Shown: positions 35,085 to 47,000 of the stretch, one piece after another | How the letters are laid out: each line of letters opens with the position of its first letter | Position numbering within the stretch: the stretch's first letter is position 1 | NCBI GenBank assembly: GCA_004431415.1 | Contig: QPMI01000453.1 | Location: 372,001-436,000, forward strand | Source: Cyanophora paradoxa CCMP329 | Taxonomy: Eukaryota; Plantae; Glaucophyta | DNA: 64,000 nt | Reading direction: 5' to 3' | The notes under the pieces: model-generated | What the model was told of the DNA's origin: nothing | What the model saw: only the letters and a program-made list of their open reading frames with translations | Database searches by the model: none | Program-made: the position numbers and the translations under genes

Positions 35085-38000
35085 TCAGACCCTGGTCCAC
35101 GCGGAGAAGCCGGCGAGGGCCTCGCGCAGGCAGAGGGCGGCGGCGGCGGCGTCCTCCTCCCGCGCGCAGACGGCCGCGCGCGCGCTGTAGTCCGCCGAGC
35201 GCGCGTCCCACACGCGCAGGCCCGAGGGGTCCGCCCCGTGCGACCCGCCCTCGCTGTTGTCCTCCTCCTCGCCCCCGTGCGCCCCGTAGGCCGCCCCAGG
35301 GCTTCCCCTAGAGGCGGCAGAGGCCGCCGGGGCCGGGGCCGGCAGGGCCCGCAGGAGGAGTCCCGGGGTGCAGGCGCCGGCGGCGGGCCGGCCGGGCCGG
35401 CGGCCTTGGCGGCCGGGCCGAAGACCTCCCAGCGGGCGATCTGCTCGAGGGGCACCGACCAGGCGCCCAGCGGCCCCTCGCGCTCCGGCGGCGCGGAGGC
35501 CGAGCGCGCGGTCGGCCGCGGGGCGCAGGGGCCGCACGGGCCGCCGCAGACCACCGAGCGCGACCGCCGCTCGGTCGCGAGGAGCGAGGCGGGGACGGGG
35601 CGCGAGAGGGGCCGCCCCCGCTGCCGCGGGGCCTCGCCCCTCGCGATCGCCTCCTCCGCGTCGGCGGCGTCGGGGCCCTCGCCCCGCGGGGCCCGCCGCA
35701 TGCACACGACGCGCGCGTCGGTCACCGCGACGATCCGCTCGCCGGCGGCCGCGAAGGCTCCCAGGAGCCTCTCCGGCCGGCCCTCCAGCCGTAGGCCCGG
35801 CGTGAGGAGGAGCCACTGCGCCTCGGCGGCCAGCCCCGAGTACGGCGCCGCGCTCCCGTCGGGCCGCAGGGCGCGCGGGAGGCGCGCCCACTGCGCGCGG
35901 GACTGCCCGCCGGCCGACCGGTGCACCATGTCCGCCGTCGAGACCAGACTGCGAACGAAGCTTCGGAAAAGGGAAGCATGCGAACAAAAGAAGGAGAACG
36001 GCGTACCCCTCGAGGGTCAGGGCGAGGAGGTCGAGCAGCCCCCCCAGGGGCTTCCCCGGGAGGCCCACGAGGCCCCTGGCGAGGCCGGCGCCGAATCCGG
36101 CGACGCCGCCGTCGCGCGCGCCCCGCACGGGCTCAGCGACGACGCCGGCGATGCCCTCGGCGATGCCGCGGCCGAGGGAGAGGCCGCCGAGGAGCAGGCC
36201 GTGGCCCAGGTGCTCGGGCCGCTCGCCGCGCGCCCGGGCGCGCTCGGCCGCGTACGCGTCGTCCAGCATGAGGGCGTCCACCCCGCGGGCGAGGGCGCCG
36301 GCGACCTTGCCCGTCGCGTGCACCGGCGAGAGCAGCGTGTGCCGCACGAACGAGGCCGCGCCGCGGGCCACGCCGCCGGCGAGCGTGCCGTCGGCGGACT
36401 GCGCGCCCTCGATCGGCTGCGTGACGAGGTCCGAGAGGCCGCGCCACATGGCGCCCAGCGTCTCCGCCGGCGAGCCGAGGATCCCCGCCGAGGCGAGCAC
36501 CGCCGCCACCTGCGGCGCCGCCTGCTTCGCCAGCGCCCTGCCCAGCGGCTTCTTGGCGCCCGACATGGGCCCGAGGTAGTTCCGCACTTCGAAGGCGCTC
36601 AGGCGGAGCGGGGCGCCCTCCACGTTGCCCAGGACGGCCCCCAGGGACCGGAGGAGGTCGGGGAGGCCCGGGCCCGGCGCGGCCGGGTCGGAGGGGCCGG
36701 CGCCGGCGCCGGGGGCGCGGAACGTCAGGTCCAGGGCCAGCGGCTCGACCCGCAGGAGGCCGATCAGGTAGCGCTTGGGCTCCGCGATGGGGCCCTGGGC
36801 CGCCAGCGCCCCGGCGCGCAGCGCGTGCAGCGCGCGCTCGTGCGAGGCAGGCGGCCCCGCGCGCCGCGCCGCCGCCGCCTTCGCCCACGCGACGAGCGCG
36901 AGGAGCACCGAGCCGTCGAGGCGCAGCTCGACCGGCTGCAGCGCGATCTCCACCTCGTTGTACGCGTTGACGTTGAGCGCCGGCGCCGGCGCCGCGAGGG
37001 GGCCCAGGACGATGGGCGGGAGGGCGCCCGAGGTGGCGGGAGACGATGACATAGTCGTGGAGGTGCGGAGGAGGCGGAGGGTCAGCATGGGGCGGGAGAG
37101 GTCGAGGCCTGCGCGGGGGGCGAGGAGGACGGGGAGGGGCGGGAACTGGGCGGCCGGGCCCGGGGCCGGCGCGTCGATCTGGGGGCGGCGCGCCGTCAGG
37201 CGAGGCGCGAGCACAAGGGAGGAAGCGGGTAGAGGAACGAAAACGGGTTTTTGTGGAGGAAGCTTTGGCGTTCGCCCGACTTCCAACTCATCCCGCATCT
37301 CATCTAAAAGCTAACAACGGCTAACAACGGCCCTAACAACTAACCTAATATTCAACTAATTCTCTCACTTATTATTCTCTAATTCTCTCTATGATTATCT
37401 CTTACTATCTATCTTTTCTCACCTGGAGGCGGCGGATGGCGGCGTCGACGGTCTGGCGCTCGCCCCACTTCTCGACGGCGACGCCCAGTCCCTCGGCGGA
37501 GAGGTACAGCAGCTCGCGCGGGGCCGGGGGCGCCCCGGGCCCCGCCCCGTCGTCGGCGAGGGAGAGCGAGGCGGCCGCGAAGGAGAGGTCCAGCGTCAGG
37601 CGCTGCCGGTTCGTGTTTAATTTTAGTGTGAGATGGGCGATTCTAACCTAATCTAGTCTACTCTTATCGGGGTTTGAGAACCGAGAGAAGTCTAGACAGC
37701 CTAAATAGCTTGATCCGAACAATCTAATCTAATTGCAATGCAATCCGAGGGGGCGGGGAGGGGCGGGATCATCGTACCTGGCGGTAGGAGAAAAAGTCCT
37801 GCTCGCCCTCGTCCTCCTCGTTGTCCGTCGCCGTCACCACCCACGCCCCCTGCGCGAAGGCGGCGGCGAAGGGCGGGCGGGGTCAGAGGCGGCCCCGGCG
37901 GAGCCGTTTGATTCGATGGATCTAGCTCCGTCCAGGTCTAGGGTATAGGCTACGCGGGCCAGCATGCGCCACGGCGGAGGCGAAGGGCGGGGCCAGAGGC

Positions 38001-41000
38001 GGCGCCCCCTGGCAGAGCCCGACGGGAAATGGAAGCGGCGGAGGAGACCGCGCCGGCATCTAGGCCTTCGATCGATTGTAAAATAGGCTACGCGCAGGCA
38101 TCTAGATCTCCGCCAGGGCCCGGCCCCTGCTGCCCGCTCGACCCTTGGGACCTGGGACCGGGCGGGCGGGCGGACTAGGCCCCCTAGATCTCCGCTCCCC
38201 GTCCTCTTCCCTCTCGGGCGGACCTAGACCTAGGACCTAGGCGGACCTAGGACCTAGAATTAGGCCCTAGATCTCCGCTCCCCGCCCTCTTCCCTCTCGG
38301 GCGGACCTTGCGGTCGAGGCGGACGGCGAGGACGACGGCGCCGCCGCCGTCGAGGGGCACCGCCGTGCGGCCCTCGCGCTCCAGCTCCACCTCCACCGTG
38401 TGTCGCGACCCCTCGTCTGCGCAAGCAAGCGGGCGGCCCGGTGAGTTTAGTTCGCCTTTCGGCTTTCTACTTCATACGCTTCGTCGCCCTCTTCTGAAGC
38501 GTCTTCTAAGCTTGGGCTCTTTCTCTTTCTTAGATCGTGTCCTAATATTCCGCTTCTACGCTCTCTGTCGATGTCGACGCGGATGCGCACCGTCGATGTC
38601 GACGCGGATGCGGCGCTCCGGGGCGAGCGGCTCGTCCCACCCGAACGCCGTGTACCTGAAGCGAGGAAGGAAGGAAGCAAGAAAGAAAGTCAGAGTCGAA
38701 AGGTCCTAGGAAAGGAAAGGACAGGACGGAAGAGAAGGAAGCCATAGTATAGCAGTAGAAGTCTATAAGTAAGGTCCGGCGGCCGCGCGCGCACCAGGCG
38801 GTGGCGGAGGCGGCGGCGCCGTAGGGCCGCAGGAGCTGCGGGGCCTGGAGGGAGCCGAGCTGCGAGACCGTGATCTGCGAGACCGAGACCGAGGCGAAGC
38901 AGTCAGAGTCGGATTAGATCAAACGTGACTAGACTGGACTGGATGGGATTCGATTGACCTCGTGGTCGCGGCAGGCGTTCTAATAATCACTAGATAGATG
39001 CGGTTGGGTCTACCTAGACGAGACTAGACTAGAAAGGCGACTAGACTAGACTAGACTGGACTAGTCTACCTCGTGGTCGAAGCAGGCGTTTCTCGTCCCG
39101 TCTAGTCACGTCTAGAGTCTAGACTGGACTGGACTGACCTCGTGGTCGCGGCAGGCATTCTCGATGCGGGCGGAGCTGAAGTCGCGCGTCTCCTCCGTCA
39201 GGTGCACCTGCAGCGTCGGCCTGCGAGGGGGGCGGGGCGGGGCAGAGAGAGCATGGTCAGGGACCGGGCGGGGCGTGGCGTGGCGTGGCGTGGCGTGGCG
39301 GGGCGGGGCCAGAGTCCCACGCGCACCCTTTGGCGTAGACGTGCACGCGGACCGAGAGCGCGTGCGCCGTCGCCCGCAGCTTCCGCAGCCGCAGCTGGCG
39401 AGAAGACGAAGTTAGAAGAAGTTAGAAGTTAGAGGTTCGAGGAAGAAGACGTTAGAAGTTAGAGGAGTCTAGCTACCGGGAAGGAGCCCAAGCCCGTGAT
39501 GGGGAGTCTAGCTAGTTAGAAGAAGTTAGAAGTTAGAAGTTAGGGGAGTCTAGCTAGAAGTTGGAGAAGAAGTTAGAAGCCCAAGTCATAAGTCAGGGGT
39601 CTAGCTAGAAGTTCGAAGAAGAAGTTAGAAGCTAGAAGTTAGAATTTAGAAGTTAGAGGAGGAAGAAGAAGAAGAAGCTACCGGGAAGGAGCCCGGGCCC
39701 GTTATGGAGAATGCGCCGCTGAGCTCCGTGCGGGGCTGCTGCAGGGCGACGCGGAGGCGCCGGAGGGGCGGGCCCGAGCCCTCGGCCGATCCGAGCTCGG
39801 TCCACCAGAGGGGCGCCGCCTCCCCCGGGGCGACGTGGAGGGCGCGGGAGACGGCGGGGGCGGAGATGGACCGGTCCTCCCCCATGCCGGGGTCCTGGCG
39901 AAGAAGAAGAGGAGCAAGAAGGTGAGCTAGTCAGTCAAGGCTAAGCAAGGGGGGCGCGGCGCGCGGCGAATCGCTGTTTAAACGCTTGTAATGAAGGAAT
40001 GGTCAAGGCAAAGGTGAGCGCGGCGCGCGGCGGGCTGAATTCTCAGAGGCCTAGCTCTTTCCTATTTTAAGCAGCTTAGCTCAAAGAGATAAGGAACGCT
40101 TCAAGGAGAAGCCTAGGAGGGGTGAATGTGCTTGAAGTTTAAAAGAAGCTTAAATTAATCAAGCGGACGGACCTGGACGACCTCGACGGCGGTGGGGGCG
40201 GCCGGCTCGGCCTTGCGGTCGACGAGGACGAGGTCAGCACGGTGGGATGCGGGCGGGGGAGCTAGCCAGGTCCCCAGCTAGGAGCGGGGCGTGGCGTGGC
40301 GTGGCGGAGGCGCCCCCAGCTAGGCGGGCTTCCGTCCTAGAAGCGGTGGGCGGCGCCCCCACCCCACCCCCCGTTCCCTCCCTCGCTTACCTTGCGATCG
40401 TGGACGTGGTTGACGAGGACGATGCGGGGCGCGAGGGTCAGCACCCGCGTGCGCCCCGCGAGGGGGCCGTTCCCCGGCGCCACGCTGTACCCAATCTGCG
40501 CGCGGGGCGGGCCGGCCGTGAGCGAGGCGAAGCGGTCGTGTAGTAATGGGGATCTTATGAAAAGGGAAACTTGCGAAAAGGGAAGCCTGTAAACACATGT
40601 TCACAAGCTGGTTCTTAAAGCTTATGATACGGAAAGCTTATGAACACACAGAAACACGCTTAAGTAAATGGAAAGCGTATAAGCACATAGAAACGCGCTG
40701 GTTTAAATGGCTGACCTCGTAGACTACGGTGCCGTCGGTCACCTCGACGGCCGCCGCCGCCACTTTCTTCGACACGTCGATAGGCTTCACTGAGCGCGCC
40801 GCCTGCTCGCGAGAGGACGCTCAGGAACGTTTGAAAATGGGTGGATGGTTAGGCCATCTATTTTATTATAAATTTAGTTAGTGAGCTAAGGCGGCGCGGC
40901 GCACCCCGACGAAGAGGTGGAGGGAGTTGGAGGGGGGCGCGAGGACGCGGGCCGGGGTCTCCGCGACGGGCGGCACGGCGGCCTCGGCCTCGGGCCCCGC

Positions 41001-44000
41001 CCCCGCCGGCCGCACGCGCAGGGGCAGCCCCGTGTCGTTCACGACCCAGAGGGGGGCCGCGAGGAGGAGGTGCAGGGGGGCCGGGCAGGCGGTTCGCGGG
41101 GGCGGCGGCGGGGGTACAGGCGCCAGGGCGTCCGAGGGGCGTTCGCGCGTGCGGTCCTGGGGGATGAGGAGGACGGGGTGGTCGGGGCCCGGATTCGAAC
41201 CCGGGTCCGGGATGCCGAGGCGGGCGCCGGAGGCGGGGAGGCGGGCCGGGTGGAGGGGCACGGGGGCCGACCAGCGGAGGCGGGAGCCGTGTTGGGAGGG
41301 TACGATGTGCTCGGCGCGGGCGAGGGGCTGGGGTACGGTCTTGAAGAAGGCGGGGCCGGCGGGGCCGGCCTCGCGGATGGTGCGGCCGGCGCTGCCCAGG
41401 CGGCGGCCGGCGGAGGCGAGGGCGAGCTCCTCGATGTTGGCGGGGCCCGGGATGCCGCGGAGGCGCGGGGTGATGTTGGGCGTCGGCGCCCGCGCCTCCT
41501 CGTCGCCCGGCGGGGCCTCCAGCGCCAGGCTGAGGGTGGGGCCTGCCCCCTCCCCGTCCCCGGGCGGGGGCGGGGGGTACAGGCAGTGGAAGCAGTCGCC
41601 GGGGTCGGCGGCGCCCTCGAGGGGCGGGTACGGGGGGTACGAGATCCGGTAGAAGACGAGGACGGGAAGGAGGTTCTCGAGGGCGAGCGGGGCGCGGATG
41701 ACGATCTCGACGGGGGCGAGGCGGGGCCGGCGGGCGGGGAGGGACCAGTAGTCCGACAGGGGCACCGCCTCCAGAACGAAGGACGAGGAGCCGGCGACGA
41801 GAGCGGCCGGGTCCCACCGGAGGGGCGCCGCGGGGTCCGACGAGCGCGTCGCGAGGTCGACGTGGGGCGCGGCCGGCCAGGCGGCGCCGGCCTCGGAGGC
41901 CGGGCGGAACCGCAGGTGCGCTCGGGCGCAGAGGCGGACGGGTACGGAGTCGCGGGCGCCGGGGGCGAGGCGGAACGAGAGGGAGCCCTGGCCGCGGGCG
42001 GGGCGGGCGGGCCCCGACGAGGACGACTCCACATAGAGCCCCGCGGCGGCTTGACTCGACGACTCGGGGGCTTCTATCTTGACCTCCCACTCGACGCCCG
42101 TCCCGTTCCGTACGGAGACCGCCGAGCGCAGGGCGACGGCGCGGTGGTAGGCCTCCTCCTCGCCCGCCGCCGCCGCCGTCGTCTCGACGTGGCAGACCAG
42201 GTCGGCCCCGGCGGGGGCCTCCGGGTGCGCCGGGACGACGAAGGCGCCGTCCCTGTGCGCTGGGAGCAGCAGGGGCGAGGCGGAGGATGAGGCGGAGGAG
42301 GCCTCCACGAGGCCCTCGGGAGGTACCTCGACGAGGATCTCGGGCCGACGGGCCGGGCGCCCCGGGTCGAAGCGCGTGAAGCAGCCGCGGCCGGCGCCGA
42401 AGGGCCCGAACGGCAGGCACACCTGGGGAGAGGGGGAGAAGTCAGCGAGGGGAAGAGGACAGGACAGGAGATTTGTTGTTGGTGTGATCCAGATCTAGAT
42501 CGATTCACGTGATCTAGATCTACATCTAGATCTAGGAAAGCGGACGGGAAAGCGTAAACTGTATAATAGATAGGAACGCGGACGCGTATTATGTGTAATA
42601 GGAAAGGGACGCGCCTCGGAGCCGGGCTCGATGTCGAAGCCGGGGAAGGCGGGGGCGAAGTCGACCCCGGGCGGCTTCTCGGTCCAGGGCGCCGGGTACG
42701 AGACGCGGAGCGCGTCCCGTGCCTCGTTCCGCAGCGTCCAGTGCGTCGGGATCTGGCGGGGGGAAGTAATTATAAGTAAGAAAGTGGAAAGAAGGATGCG
42801 AGGAAGACGCGAGGAGGAAAGGGTGATGGAAAGGATGATGGTTTAGATGTTCAGATGTTGTTGATGGCGGGAGGAAGAAAGTAAGAATGTGTAAGGACGA
42901 GTGATGCTAAGAAAGAGAGGGATCTGGCGGGAGGAAGCAAGAAAGGAAGATGTAATGAACGGTGATGCTTAGATGAGTTATGCTTACATAGATGATGTAA
43001 GACAGAGCGATGCTTAGATGGACGAAAGGAGGAAAGGATGAGGGTTTATATGTCTATGGACGACGCTTCGATGTTTGCGTCTCTTATCTCACTCGCCTGG
43101 CGGGTGGCGAGGGCCCACTCGAACTCGCGCGTCGCCTCGCGCCACTCCTTCGTGACGTTCTTGATGAGCTCCAGCGTCTCGAACTTGGCCGTGAAGGCGG
43201 CCCGCTCCTCCGCCGCCAGCCGCATGTGCGTCCAGTTGATCTGCGCGGCACGCGAGGACAAGGCGTCAAGGCGAAGTTGCTCTAGGATGGGAAGGACGGC
43301 ACTCTAGATTAGGGAGCCTAGACACAACAAAAATCCAGACAAACAAACAATCTAATGAAGACAACAACAACAACAATGCGGACCTGCAGGAGGAAGTCGT
43401 CGTCGTCCTCCTCCTCGTCCTCATCCTCCTTGACGGCGCGGAGGGAGTCGGCGCTGGGGAGCGTCGTCGAGGCCCGCCCGCCCCCTTCCTCCTCCAGTTC
43501 GAGCGGGGCCGGCGCGACGGAGGAGCGCCGGAGGGCGGAGGACGCCCCCGCGCCGGCGCCGGCGCCGGCGCCGGCGCGCTTCGGGGTGGGGAGTCCCATC
43601 GAAGCCGCGTAGACCATCGCGTCCCGCTCCGCTTCGTTCGCGAGCGAGCGCCGGCGGGACGCCGACGCCGACCCGCGGCGCTCCTGGGCGTTCAGCTCCG
43701 CCGCCATCATCTCGAGCGAGCCGCGGCGGACGAGCTCCGACGTGAGCGCCGTGTTGCCGTCCCCGCGGGCGACGCGGGCGAGCGAGAGGAGGTTCGGCAT
43801 CGCCGTGCCCCCGTCGAACTTGGCGCGCGCGCCCCGCAGCAGGCTCATCTCCTTGTTCACCGCGTCGAAGCGCGACACGTCCTGCCGTGGGTGGGTCGAG
43901 GTGAGATCGACAATGAGCAAGGAGAAGCACTAGCTAGAAGACGAAAGAACCATAAGGAGAAGCCTACAAGGAAGACTAAGAACTATAAGGAGAAATTTAT

Positions 44001-47000
44001 AAGGATCTGGAGAGGTGGGAGCGGCAAAGGTTTATTACTATCGATAAGAGGAAGGAGCGGCGGGGCCCGCTCCTTCCCTTTCTCATCCTTCGCTGGCTCC
44101 GCTTTTTCCGCTTCTACCTCTACTTCTTCGTCCGCTCCTTCTCTGTCTAGATCTCGAGGGCGGCGCCGCAAGATTAAAGACGCCAAGGCTAGGCCCCCCC
44201 TCTTCTTAGCTAGTATTCGCTAGAAGTCTTAGCTTCTTCTTCTTTTTCTTCTCATAGAAGGGCACCTTAGACTTAGTATTCGCTAGAAGTCTTAGCTTCT
44301 TCTTCTTCTTCTCTAGATCTGGCTCGCCCGCACCTTGATGATCTCGAGGGAGACGTCGCAGGGCTCAAGGAGGGCGTGCCAGGAGCGGGAGGCGGGGCAG
44401 TAGGACTCCATGCGGACGTCGGGGAAGGGCGCGGACATCTCCATGCGCCGCCCGAAGCCCTCGAAGCTCATCTCGAAGGTCGGCAGGAAGATCCCGACCT
44501 GCGGCGCGGGGCCAGTCAGAATTAGTGGGCTCCAAAGGCTATACGCAGTTTGATTCAGAGACAGGTGGACGGGAACGGGGTCAAGCGGGGGCGGCCGAGC
44601 GGGGGGCGGGGGCCCGAAGCCTAGTCTGTCTGTTTCGGAAACGGGTGGCTCGGGCGGCACGGCTCTTTGCGCTCCGCTCACGGCTAGTAGATAGTTTAGA
44701 TAGCTTCGAAACTCGTTCTTCAGCCCCTTGGGGCTAAGATACAAAATGTGACAAATTTAAGCCCACAGCCCTCGAGCTGGTCTGGTCTAGAAAAGGGTGG
44801 GAAAAGGCGGGCGGACGATAGTTTATATAGTTTAGATAGCTCCGAAATTTAAGAAACTCATTCTTATGGTTAGCTAAGCTAAGCCAAGCTAAGCTAAGCT
44901 AAGCTAAGCTAAGCTAAGCTTTCTTCCTCGCCCGGATCCCGCCCGCCGGCCCGCCCCGGGCCGCCCGCACCTGCTCGGCGAGGGTGTTGTGTACGGTGAT
45001 CTCGGCGCCGTCCTTGGATTCGATCCGCCCGATCTGGCGCGAGGCCGGTTGGTCGAGCTCGAAGCGAGCGCGGCGAGGTAGGTGAGGTAGAGCGCTAGGC
45101 GAGCTCGAAGAACAAGCCCGTCTGACGTCGAGGAGCTCGCGCTCAGCGGGGCTCGACGTCCTAAGATAGGAGGCGAGGGCGGCAAGCTTTTAAGGTAGAG
45201 CACTGGTGCTAGAGGCGAGCTCGAAGAGGCGAGCGGTGCCCCCTAGGCCTTCTGACCACCCCGGGGGCGCAGCGCGGCGCGGCGCACGCGGCGTCCGCAC
45301 ACAAACACACACACAAACACAAACGCGGACGGACCTGGTACGAGGCCTGGTCCCCCTTGAACTCGCGGATGAGCCGCACCATGTGCATCCACTTGTTGAT
45401 CCCGTAGTTCCTGGAGGAGGAGGAGGAGAAGGAGAAGACTTAGCGCCGAACTTGTAAAATTTAAAATTCCTCCTTCAGAGGACTTGTAAGCTCAATGTTA
45501 GACTTAGAAGAAGATTCTAGAGACTCGAGGAGAAGAATACTTGAGACTTGGCGCCGAACTCTAGAGACTCCTCCTTGAGAGGAGGCGGGCACCGCACCGG
45601 GCGTTCTTGAGGCCGGTCTGCATGGACTTGATGACGGCGAGGAGGGCCTTGAACTGCCACAGCGAGAGCCGCATCACCACCCGCCGCCCGAACCTGCGGG
45701 CGAGCGGCACTCGTTTGATACATGACGACATAGACAGCAACGAGAACGATAAGGACGACAGCGTGGCGGGCGCTTATATAATATAGCGCCTTGTTGGAAC
45801 GTATTGGAGTCTTATATATATGACGACGGCGTGGCGAGCGCGGGCGAGGCCGCGGGCGGGCGCACGTCATCTTCATGGTCTGGGCCTTGAACATGGCGGC
45901 GCGGACGATGTCGATGCGCAGGTCCGTCGTCTCCAGCAGCTGGAACTCCATCGTCCGCCTGCGCGCCGCCGAGCCAAGGCGGGTCAGGTTTGAGTGGGAA
46001 GCGAGTTTATATGTAATTTAGCTGTCCCTCTCTCGCGGGGCGCGACGGCGCGACGGGCGGGCGGGCGGGCGGGCGGGCGGGGGGCGGATCTAGGTCCCAA
46101 GTCCCATCTAGGCGATCTAGGTCCCAGGTTGCAGGTGACGCCGAGGCTGCAGGGTCCCTTGTCCTGGGTCCTCCCAGCCGCGCTCCCAGCCTCTCTCTCT
46201 CTCTCTCTCTCCCTCTCTCGCTCGCCGGGCTCAGACAGGCGGGCGGACCTGTTGTGGCCCCACTTCCACTGGGACTCGCGGCAGAGGAAGAGGTCGATGC
46301 CCATCCCCGCCATCCCAATGTAGTCGTACACCTGCACAGCACATTCCAATCGGGGGATTCTTGGGCTCGCCCGAATTATATATATTAGGGTCTCACAGCA
46401 TCTTTATATTAGAGTCTTCTAGATCCGAGACCGTAGGGTCTCACAGCGACTTTATGTTAGAGTCTCACTGGACACCTGCACAGCACATTCCAATCAGGGG
46501 ATTGTCGTTGGGCTCGCCCGAATTATGATTGCATTATATCGGGTCTTATAGCAACTTTATATTAGACCCTTATTAGACCGACCTCCTTGGGGAAGCGCTT
46601 TTGTTTTTGAGAGACTACGGTGGGGTGAACCCCAGGGGATTGTTAGGCTTGCCCGAATTCTTTTCATTACTAAGTTACTTAGGGTCTCATAGCAACTTTA
46701 TATTGGAGTCTTGTTAGACATCGACCGGTGTTATAGCGACTTTATATTGGAGTCTTATTGGACGGACCTCCTTGCGGAAGCGCTCCTCCTCCTTGACGGG
46801 GTCCCCGCGCCACTTGACCCGCGACGAGGAGCGCTCTGCCTTGTCCGCCTGCCGAGAGAGGTCTTGTTAGAGACGGTCTGCCAAGGGGGCGTTGCCTTGG
46901 GTCTCATTAGAGTCTTAAAAGAGCTTCCGTCAGAGTCTCATTAGTCCTAAAAAAGATTCTATCAGAGAGTTGTTTGCTTTCGCGAAGAGGGCGCGCCTGG

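Noticed and set aside
8400-35420. Programmed frameshifts (~8430, ~8870, ~24910, VPS13 tail ~35290-35400)
   Set aside because: They fall in G/C-rich or homopolymer stretches where sequencing indels are the simpler explanation. Reads are needed.
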